Shown here: one piece after another, positions 17,485 to 24,340 of the stretch
Layout of the letters: the number at the start of each line of letters is the position of its first letter
Numbering within the stretch: the first letter of the stretch is position 1
Virus record (IMG/VR): IMGVR_UViG_3300049892_000048
Location: 1 to 41,822 of that record
Source of the DNA: a virus
Taxonomy: Duplodnaviria; Caudoviricetes
Reading direction: 5' to 3' (one strand)
DNA: 41,822 nucleotides
Notes under the pieces: model-generated
What the model was told of the DNA's origin: nothing
Database searches by the model: none
The model's input: only the letters and a program-made list of their open reading frames with translations
Translations under genes and position numbers: made by a program

Positions 17485-18860
17485 TGAATCCGATTCTCCA
17501 AACCGACAGCTACAAAGTCTCGCATTATCGTCAGTACCCGCAGGGGACCCAGTTCGTGCATTCCTATCTGGAAGCGCGTGGGGGGGACTATCCCGCGACG
17601 GTGTTCTTCGGACTCCAGTATTACCTGAAGTCCTTCCTGAGTCAACAAGTGACGCGGCAGCATGTGGAGGAAGCGAATGATTTCTTCCTCGCCCATTTTG
17701 GCGTCAACGTGTTCAACGCGGAGGGGTGGATGCACATCATCAATCGCCACGACGGCTATCTGCCGTTGCATGTGCGGGCGGTGCTGGAGGGGACCATCGT
17801 TCCAGTATCCAACGTTCTGATGACCGTGGAGAACACGGACCCGCGTGTGCCGTGGCTGACGAACTATGTGGAGACTCGACTCATGGAAGTCTGGTATCCC
17901 ATCACGGTAGCGACGTTGAGCTACTACTGCAAGCAAGCGATTTTGCGGGCGCTCGAACAGTCGGGCGATCCGGCCGGGGTCGACTTCAAGCTCCACGATT
18001 TCGGGTACCGTGGCAGCACGTCGGGCGAGAGTGCGGGCATCGGCGGACTCGCGCACCTCGTGAACTTCAAGGGCACGGATACGCTGGCCGCACTGGAGTT
18101 TGGTCGGGAGTATTACGACGAACCGATGGCGGGGTTCTCGATTCCGGCCGCGGAGCATTCGACGATCACCAGTTGGGGGCAGGAGCATGAAGTGGATGCG
18201 TTCCGTAACATGCTCACACAGTATCCGACCGGTCTCGTGGCCGTCGTCAGTGATAGCTACAACATCTACGCCGCGTGTGAACATCTGTGGGGTGAAGTGT
18301 TGCACGACGAGGTGCTGAAGCGCCCGGGAACGTTGGTCATTCGCCCGGACTCGGGATATCCGCCGGACGTCATTCTGAAGTGCCTGAACATCCTGAAGGA
18401 CAAGTTTGGTGGTGCGGTCAATCAGAAGGGGTACTACGTGCTGGATTCGCATGTGCGCCTCATTCAGGGCGATGGCTGCAACCCCGAAATGATCCAGACC
18501 ATCCTCAGTGCGATGATGGCGAAGGGCTTCAGTGCGGACAACATCGCATTTGGTATGGGTGGGGGGTTGCTGCAACAGGTTACTCGCGACACGTGCCAGT
18601 TCGCGTTCAAGGCGAGTAACATCGTCATCAATGGGGAATCGCGCCCGGTGCATAAGAATCCTGTTACGATGACGAGCAAGCAGAGCAAGCCGGGTCGTTT
18701 GACGCTGGTCCGTACCCCGTCAGGATACCGAACACACAACATGGACCATGTATTCCCGATTGACGGGGTCGGGGTCATGCAGACGGTGTTCTATAATGGG
18801 GTGTGTCACGCACCCACCACATTGGCAGACGTTCGCGCTCTAACGTTGAAGGGAGTTTGA
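17484..18860 (+). CDS. nadV: nicotinamide phosphoribosyltransferase (NAMPT)
   Basis: TDSYKVSH..QYP, FFGLQY, LHDFGYRG, NFKGTDT, SIPAAEHS, VSDSY, IRPDSG, IQGDG, FGMGGGLLQ. Confidence 0.95.
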   Translation: MNPILQTDSYKVSHYRQYPQGTQFVHSYLEARGGDYPATVFFGLQYYLKSFLSQQVTRQHVEEANDFFLAHFGVNVFNAEGWMHIINRHDGYLPLHVRAVLEGTIVPVSNVLMTVENTDPRVPWLTNYVETRLMEVWYPITVATLSYYCKQAILRALEQSGDPAGVDFKLHDFGYRGSTSGESAGIGGLAHLVNFKGTDTLAALEFGREYYDEPMAGFSIPAAEHSTITSWGQEHEVDAFRNMLTQYPTGLVAVVSDSYNIYAACEHLWGEVLHDEVLKRPGTLVIRPDSGYPPDVILKCLNILKDKFGGAVNQKGYYVLDSHVRLIQGDGCNPEMIQTILSAMMAKGFSADNIAFGMGGGLLQQVTRDTCQFAFKASNIVINGESRPVHKNPVTMTSKQSKPGRLTLVRTPSGYRTHNMDHVFPIDGVGVMQTVFYNGVCHAPTTLADVRALTLKGV

Positions 18861-18862
18861 TT

Positions 18863-19327
18863 ATGAATGTACCTGCTACGATTGATGTTGCGGAGACCGA
18901 GAGCGTCTATCGGGCGCTTCGGCAGTACCCCAAGATTTTCCCACACATCCGCCACGACTACGTGGTGCGGATGGTGAAGCAGGGACAGGTCTTTGGGATT
19001 CCGGGGACGTATATTTTGTACCAAGTGTACCGTCGAACGGTGCGCTTGGGTACGTTCCGTGCGGGCCCGACGACGGTGATCATCCACCAGATCGTGTCGC
19101 TCACGCAGGGGTCGTCCGCGGCCACTGATGTCCTCCAGGCATTCTTTGCGCGTTTCGCGGAGCATCCCGTGGTCCTGACGGTCCGTGCGGACAATACCCG
19201 CGCCCGAGCGTTCTATGAGAAGCACGGATTTCGCGTGGTCGGGGATATTGTGTGGAAGGGCGGGACGATGCCGGGCGTGGTTTACTTGCGCGACCCCGAG
19301 CAACAGACTACCACTCTGCCACTCTAA
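18863..19327 (+). CDS. GNAT-family acetyltransferase
   Basis: IHQIVS...LTVRADNTRARAFYEKHGF. Confidence 0.8.
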   Translation: MNVPATIDVAETESVYRALRQYPKIFPHIRHDYVVRMVKQGQVFGIPGTYILYQVYRRTVRLGTFRAGPTTVIIHQIVSLTQGSSAATDVLQAFFARFAEHPVVLTVRADNTRARAFYEKHGFRVVGDIVWKGGTMPGVVYLRDPEQQTTTLPL

Positions 19328-19387
19328 CGTGCCATATGGCACATACCACGTGGCAAATGGTTTTCTTTTGGATAGCGGTGAAATGCC

Positions 19388-19416
19388 TTGACATATGCGG
19401 CAAGTCATGCTATACT
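19388..19416 (+). promoter_or_regulatory. strong sigma70-like promoter TTGACA-N17-TATACT (extended -10)
   Basis: -35 19388-19393, -10 19411-19416, followed by TGTTCTTG as at 23869. Confidence 0.85.
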
Positions 19417-19501
19417 TGTTCTTGAAGTTAGGAATTGCGCTGCGCTACACGCCGCAGACAGTTCGCAGAGTTGAAGCGTGGAAACGGAGTAAGAAACGAT
19501 T

Positions 19502-19759
19502 ATGGCACGTAAGTTCACGAAAGTTCTCGCGCTGATGGAAACGAAGGGGGGTCGCGTCGATGTCACGGACTCCGACCTCAACGCACTGCTCGGCAAGCTC
19601 ATGTACCGAGTTGCTTCCTATATGTCGGCAATCCGCCGGCGTGGGGGCAAGGAAGTCCGAGCCATCCGAAACGGCCGCAAGGTCGTAGCATACGAACTCG
19701 TCGCTTCGGCGGGATCGTCTGCGGACGTCGCCGCCCCGGCGACGGATGAGAACGTCTAA
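19502..19759 (+). CDS. small basic winged-helix-like DNA-binding protein
   Basis: YRVASYMSAIRRRGG.EVRAIRNGRKVVAYEL; own promoter and terminator. Confidence 0.6.
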   Translation: MARKFTKVLALMETKGGRVDVTDSDLNALLGKLMYRVASYMSAIRRRGGKEVRAIRNGRKVVAYELVASAGSSADVAAPATDENV

Positions 19760-19782
19760 CGCCTTCTGCGGGTGACAGTTCT

Positions 19783-19820
19783 GGCGGGCGCGGCTTCACT
19801 GTCGCGCCCGCGTCTTTTTT
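19783..19820 (+). terminator. intrinsic terminator
   Basis: GCGGGCGCGGC-TTCACT-GTCGCGCCCGC followed by TCTTTTTT. Confidence 0.85.
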
Positions 19821-19906
19821 GGGGGACGAAGAGAAACACGGTATCCAGCCCGTCTATCGCGCAGTGCGCTGCGAGTCCTTGGTGCGAATCCAAGCGTCCT
19901 CCACCA
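19821..19906 (+). ncRNA. tRNA-like RNA with Ala identity elements (G3-U70, A73, CCA), 8-bp acceptor plus 5-bp T stem, non-canonical core
   Basis: GGGGGACG (19821-28) pairs CGTCCTCC (19895-902), then A-CCA; T arm CTTGG-TGCGAAT-CCAAG. Confidence 0.7.
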
Positions 19907-19916
19907 TCCTTTGATC

Positions 19917-20285
19917 ATGGCTTTCCCACAGTTTAAACGTATCGCCCTTCGCGCCCTGACGGACGCGGAACTCATGGAACTTCACACTCGGATGCTCTCC
20001 ACGTTGATGAGCATGTCGGCCGACGAGCGGGCAGAGTACCTGGAACCTGAGGAACCGATCCCCGCCAAGACGGTTGACTTTGCGGACGACGGTCATGCAG
20101 AGGAACGGTGGGTCAAGTTGTGTTCGCAGGCGCGGGAGTCCTTCACGGAATCCGTCGGTCCGAACCATCGGTACCACGGTACGTATTATGATTTCTTTTG
20201 CCCAGAGTGCGACCCGAATGCCGATCATCCCATGTCGCACAGGGGTTGGCGATGTTCGCGATGGAAGAAAGTGTGGAGAGGCTAG
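19917..20285 (+). CDS. hypothetical protein with Cys/His-rich C-terminus
   Basis: FCPECDP...WRCSRW; tiles interval. Confidence 0.6.
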   Translation: MAFPQFKRIALRALTDAELMELHTRMLSTLMSMSADERAEYLEPEEPIPAKTVDFADDGHAEERWVKLCSQARESFTESVGPNHRYHGTYYDFFCPECDPNADHPMSHRGWRCSRWKKVWRG

Positions 20286-20286
20286 T

Positions 20287-20496
20287 ATGAGTGGTATGTC
20301 CGTGACGATCCGGCAGAATGTGGAACTTCCACCGGAGGCGGTGGAGAAAGTCTTTCGGGCGCATTTGCTGGACCTGACGGATGGCGCGTGGGCGTTCGAT
20401 GCGACTCCTTGTGCTTTGACCACGCGCATCGGGAGGTTGGCGCAGAAGATGTTGTGTCTGCTGGCCGAACAGGATCGTCTGAAAGGGGCGCGGTAA
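20287..20496 (+). CDS. hypothetical protein
   Basis: GAGG SD. Confidence 0.5.
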   Translation: MSGMSVTIRQNVELPPEAVEKVFRAHLLDLTDGAWAFDATPCALTTRIGRLAQKMLCLLAEQDRLKGAR

Positions 20497-20823
20497 ATGT
20501 TGGGCGACGTCGGAATTGGAACGCGGGTATACAAGTCGTACCGCCCCGCCCGGCCGGGTGTGGTAGTGGCGGTGCGGAAGGCCGGGCTGAGTAAGCGTCA
20601 TGACGGCGGCTGGTATGACCCAGAACACCTGGAATACCAAGTGCAATGGCCGAATGACAAGACGGGCCCGACGTGGGAATGGGCTGGGATCGTGTCCTTG
20701 GATCAGTTGATCCGCGACACAAACCACAAGCTGGACACGCACCGAAAGAGCGCGGCCAAGTTGGATGCGCTCGTGTTGGACGCGATCAAGCACACGAACC
20801 TTGACTTTCCCCCGATCCCCTGA
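20497..20823 (+). CDS. hypothetical protein (SH3-like beta pattern)
   Basis: IGTRVY...PGVVVAV...YQVQW. Confidence 0.6.
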   Translation: MLGDVGIGTRVYKSYRPARPGVVVAVRKAGLSKRHDGGWYDPEHLEYQVQWPNDKTGPTWEWAGIVSLDQLIRDTNHKLDTHRKSAAKLDALVLDAIKHTNLDFPPIP

Positions 20824-20832
20824 GAGGCTGTG

Positions 20833-21798
20833 ATGAAGTTGGAAGACATTGGGTTCTATACGCTGAGTGACGACCGTTGTGACCGGTCCTCCGAATTCTC
20901 GCCGTTGTGGCGGGCGGAGTTGATTCTCACGGCGCGCTGTAACTTCCGTTGTCCCTACTGTCGCCACGTGGGCGGCCGCGATCTGGATCGTCAGATTGCG
21001 CTGGACACGGTGCGTTTGTGGGCGCGGCAGGGACTCCAGAACATTCGTTTCTCCGGTGGGGAACCGACGATGTACCCGTATCTGATGGACTTGGTTCTGG
21101 CGGCGAAGATCGCGGGGATTGGGCGCGCGGCGCTCTCCACGAACGGGTCTGCGACGTTTGACGACTATCGCCGGCTGTGGCTGGCGGGAGTGGACGACTT
21201 TTCGATTTCGCTGGATGCGTGTTGCGCGGAAGATGGCGACAAGATGGCCGGCGGAGTCAAGGGCGCGTGGGCGACGGTCGTGGAGAACATCCGAGAATTG
21301 TCCAAGCTCACGTATGTCACGGTGGGCGTCGTGCTGACGGAAGCGAACAAAGCGACGGTCAACGACATTATCCGTTTCGCGCACGACCTCGGGGTGGCGG
21401 ATATCCGTATCATCCCCGCCGCGCAGGATGACGACCATCTGCGGGACGTGCAGGTCGATGCGGACTTGCTGAACGCGCACCCGATTCTGAAGTACCGGAT
21501 CGAGAATGTGCAGCGTGGAGCGCGGGTGCGTGGACTGGACGAGTCCGATGCGCGCCGGTGCGGTCTCGTACTGGACGATATGGCGTCGATGGGAACGAGT
21601 CACTATCCGTGCATTATCTACATGCGCGAAGGGGGACAGCCCATCGGGAAGATCGGCCCCACGATGCGCGCCGACCGTGCCAAATGGGCGGCGGACCACG
21701 ATACGTTTGCGGACCCCATCTGTCGGAAAAACTGTTTGGACGTCTGCGTGATGTTCAACAACCGCAAAGCGGTAGGGGCGAAAGGACAGCGAAACTAG
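20833..21798 (+). CDS. radical SAM protein with C-terminal Cys cluster
   Basis: CNFRCPYC, FSGGEPT, STNGSA, ISLDACC, C-terminal RCGL...YPC...CRKNCLDVC. Confidence 0.9.
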   Translation: MKLEDIGFYTLSDDRCDRSSEFSPLWRAELILTARCNFRCPYCRHVGGRDLDRQIALDTVRLWARQGLQNIRFSGGEPTMYPYLMDLVLAAKIAGIGRAALSTNGSATFDDYRRLWLAGVDDFSISLDACCAEDGDKMAGGVKGAWATVVENIRELSKLTYVTVGVVLTEANKATVNDIIRFAHDLGVADIRIIPAAQDDDHLRDVQVDADLLNAHPILKYRIENVQRGARVRGLDESDARRCGLVLDDMASMGTSHYPCIIYMREGGQPIGKIGPTMRADRAKWAADHDTFADPICRKNCLDVCVMFNNRKAVGAKGQRN

Positions 21799-21991
21799 GG
21801 GGCGAAGGGAAGGCGAAGCTCCCCGTAGAATCCTCTAGGAACGCTCCAAAACGCTCGGGAATATGTGACGTCCGCCCCCACCCCCGAAGTCCCCGCCTAG
21901 CGAAGCCTAGAGCTTCCTAGAAGCGGTAGAATACAGGGGAATCCGTGGGGGTCGTCCGAATGCTGAGGGTTTCGCCTTCCTTTCGCTTTTT
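21798..21991 (+). ncRNA. candidate ~190-nt closed-rod structured RNA (or ssDNA element)
   Basis: 21802-21821 pairs 21967-21986 (20 bp, 3 G-U); inner stem 21834-21846 / 21910-21921; ends in T5. Confidence 0.55.
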
Positions 21992-21993
21992 GC

Positions 21994-22022
21994 TTGTGTT
22001 TCGTTTGAGGTCGTGTTACCCT
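21994..22022 (+). promoter_or_regulatory. weaker sigma70-like promoter TTGTGT-N17-TACCCT (extended -10)
   Basis: 17-nt spacing, TG extension, ATG 22031 near expected start. Confidence 0.45.
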
Positions 22023-22030
22023 GTATGCGT

Positions 22031-22312
22031 ATGAGAAAACTGAAGTCGACCGAGCGTCCTGTTCTACCAACTCCGTTTGACGATGATGTGGACGATGGTC
22101 CGCCAGTCGTCAAGTCTGTGGTGGACGACGCGCCGGATGTGCCGGATACGCGAGACTATACGCTGAAGCGGATCAGCGCGTGGATTTGTAAAGACCCGGA
22201 TTGTCCTGGCCGGAAGCCGGCGTCCTATATGCCAGACGATGGCAAACCAATTCGCTGTGAGTGTGGACGTGACATGGTCATTCACGGGTGGAGCAAAAAG
22301 ACGCGCTTCTAA
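22031..22312 (+). CDS. hypothetical protein with C-terminal zinc ribbon
   Basis: WICKDPDC...IRCECG. Confidence 0.6.
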   Translation: MRKLKSTERPVLPTPFDDDVDDGPPVVKSVVDDAPDVPDTRDYTLKRISAWICKDPDCPGRKPASYMPDDGKPIRCECGRDMVIHGWSKKTRF

Positions 22313-22315
22313 ATA
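22309..22315 (+). promoter_or_regulatory. T4-type late promoter CTAAATA
   Basis: overlaps upstream stop; GAGGG SD and ATG 22329 follow. Confidence 0.65.
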
Positions 22316-22328
22316 CCGTTGAGGGTCT

Positions 22329-22595
22329 ATGCCTATTACCACCACGGAAGTTCTTGGGATGCTGACGGAAGAGGTCATTTCGAATCTCCGTGCCGTCCCC
22401 CTGCGACCCAGTCAAGTGCGCGTGGACTACTACGTGCAGACCCGGACACCCCGGGGTTCGCGGACACGGTTCCAGCGAGTCATTGGCCGAGAGCAGTTTC
22501 CGGGCGGCGCGACCAGCGACTTCGCGGTGCAGCGGTACTTGCAAGCCAAGCATCCCGGCTGCGACGTCGAGATTATGAATACGGAGTGGAAGTAA
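22329..22595 (+). CDS. hypothetical late protein
   Basis: SD, late promoter, N-terminal MLTEE. Confidence 0.65.
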   Translation: MPITTTEVLGMLTEEVISNLRAVPLRPSQVRVDYYVQTRTPRGSRTRFQRVIGREQFPGGATSDFAVQRYLQAKHPGCDVEIMNTEWK

Positions 22596-22810
22596 TGGGA
22601 TTCGACAACAAGTATCCGAACCGGAAAGACTGGCGCGACGGCTATCACAAGTCTGGTAAGTACGATGCGTCCTGTCGTCCCGGTGGCAGTTGCCCTTACT
22701 GCCGAGGGAATCGGCAGATCGGCGACAAGAAACGCGAACTGAAAACTCGGGACGCAATGGACGACATTCGGGAAGCGGTGCATACCGTGTTCCATAAAGG
22801 CGGCAACTAA
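22595..22810 (+). CDS. conserved small Cys-rich phage protein
   Basis: YPNRKDWR..Y..S..YDASCRPGGSCPYCRGNR. Confidence 0.7.
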   Translation: MGFDNKYPNRKDWRDGYHKSGKYDASCRPGGSCPYCRGNRQIGDKKRELKTRDAMDDIREAVHTVFHKGGN

Positions 22811-23178
22811 TGGCTCTCACAGCAAAGCAACTACTCCGCACCCTCAAGCACGGCAAGTCCCGTAAGCTCACCGAAGCGCCGCTGAAGCGGGCCGCGGCAA
22901 ACGTGACTGACATGAAGCGTCGGTACGACCAGATCATGAAAGACCTGGAGAAGCTGCAAGACGAAGCCGAAGCGGAGTCGCTGTGGGCGGACGACTACGC
23001 GGGGTTCGACAATACCAACATCGACCGCGCGGCCCAGTGGGACGACTATGCGGAAGCGATGTCTGATATCGCCACGAATTGTGAGACCGCGCTTTACCAG
23101 TTGCGCGACGACGCCGGCGTGGTCGGCTCCGGCATCTGGAAAGACGTGTTCGCGTCCCGTAAGAAGCTCGGCATCTAA
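22810..23178 (+). CDS. hypothetical helical protein, possible head-internal protein
   Basis: basic N-terminus ending RKLTEA, acidic body; TAATG coupling. Confidence 0.6.
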   Translation: MALTAKQLLRTLKHGKSRKLTEAPLKRAAANVTDMKRRYDQIMKDLEKLQDEAEAESLWADDYAGFDNTNIDRAAQWDDYAEAMSDIATNCETALYQLRDDAGVVGSGIWKDVFASRKKLGI

Positions 23179-23199
23179 CGCCGAGCGAATGAGTACCAA

Positions 23200-23850
23200 G
23201 TGAAGATTGTAGCGGTCAGCGACCTCCACGGCGAACTCCCTATCATTCCCCCGTGCGACGTTCTCCTCATTGCGGGCGACATTGCGCCTGATGGCTATGG
23301 GCCTATCGGGCGCCCATTCCTATGGGACCCTGATCTGATCCGCATGGAACAGATGCGCTGGTTCCTTGACCAGTACCAGCCGTGGGAAGATCGGGTGCCG
23401 GCGCAGTTCATTCTCGCCACTCCGGGGAACCACGACTGGTGGGCGAAGCTCCCTGACGGATTCAAAACTCAAGTGTTCATCGACGAAGCCTATGCCGTGG
23501 ACGGCAAGAGCTTCTGGTTTACTCCGTGGGTCGAGCCGATTGGCGCATGGAACTATCAGATGGAACGGTCCCAACGAGCGGAGCGGTTCGACGCGATCCC
23601 GTATGACTTGGATGTGTTAGTGTCCCACTCGCCGATGCACCGTGTCGGGGATAAATGTTGGGATGGGCGCGAAGTGGGATGCCCAGAACTCCGCCGCATT
23701 GTGCAGCAACGACGTCCCAAGCATATCTGTTTCGGGCACATTCACGAAGGAGTGCGGAACGGCGGGCAATACCAAGAGTTCGGGCAGACCATGGCGCATA
23801 ACTGTGCCAAGTTTGGCCGCGATTGGGCGCCGGTCGCGTTCGACCTCTAA
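23200..23850 (+). CDS. calcineurin-like metallophosphoesterase
   Basis: SDLHG, AGDI, PGNHD, SHSP, FGHIHE. Confidence 0.9.
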   Translation: MKIVAVSDLHGELPIIPPCDVLLIAGDIAPDGYGPIGRPFLWDPDLIRMEQMRWFLDQYQPWEDRVPAQFILATPGNHDWWAKLPDGFKTQVFIDEAYAVDGKSFWFTPWVEPIGAWNYQMERSQRAERFDAIPYDLDVLVSHSPMHRVGDKCWDGREVGCPELRRIVQQRRPKHICFGHIHEGVRNGGQYQEFGQTMAHNCAKFGRDWAPVAFDL

Positions 23851-23868
23851 TGGCAATGCAAAAAGTTC

Positions 23869-23897
23869 TTGACAAGAATGACACCTCGTGTTATACT
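23869..23897 (+). promoter_or_regulatory. strong sigma70-like promoter TTGACA-N17-TATACT (extended -10)
   Basis: -35 23869-23874, -10 23892-23897, A-tract upstream, TGTTCTTG downstream. Confidence 0.85.
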
Positions 23898-23979
23898 TGT
23901 TCTTGTAATGACGGAGTGCGTATCGACGCCGCAACTCCACCAGTCATCAACCCGCGTCGTAGTGAGAACAAACGAGAAT

Positions 23980-24288
23980 ATGGCAACGTATAGCAACTGG
24001 AAGAACATGAACTCGCGCATCCTGCGCGCCCTTCAGTCGGGGAGCGACTTCTCTGCGAACCAGCTTCGCAGCAAGTTCGGCATCCGTCGCGTCAGCGACC
24101 GGATCAGCGAACTCCGCAAGGCGGGGTACGCGATCTACCTGAACACCAAGACGACTCGCAACGGCGAAACGATCAAGGTGTACCGTCTGGGTCAGCCGAC
24201 CCGCGCTCAGGTGGCGGCCGGCTACTTCGCACAGAAGAGCGGCATGTTCCACTTCGACGTGCAGGACGCCCTCAACTTCGTGAACTAA
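23980..24288 (+). CDS. winged HTH DNA-binding protein common in T4-like phages
   Basis: ILRALQSG.DFSANQLRSKFGI..VSDRISELRKAGYAIYLN...YRLGQPTR. Confidence 0.75.
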   Translation: MATYSNWKNMNSRILRALQSGSDFSANQLRSKFGIRRVSDRISELRKAGYAIYLNTKTTRNGETIKVYRLGQPTRAQVAAGYFAQKSGMFHFDVQDALNFVN

Positions 24289-24306
24289 CCGTTCACGTCG
24301 ACCATG

Positions 24307-24340
24307 CACGGGCGGGGGTTGACTCCCGCCCGTGTTCTTA
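24307..24340 (+). terminator. terminator-like hairpin with weak U tract
   Basis: CACGGGCGGG...CCCGCCCGTG then TTCTT. Confidence 0.7.

Noticed and set aside
19847-19863. Alternative fold of the tRNA-like RNA giving a CTA (amber suppressor) anticodon, and possible stop-codon recoding
   Set aside because: That stem has two mismatches and a pyrimidine at position 37 and competes with stronger hairpins; TAG ends several clear genes (e.g. gp45, radical SAM) and genes are intact under the standard code.
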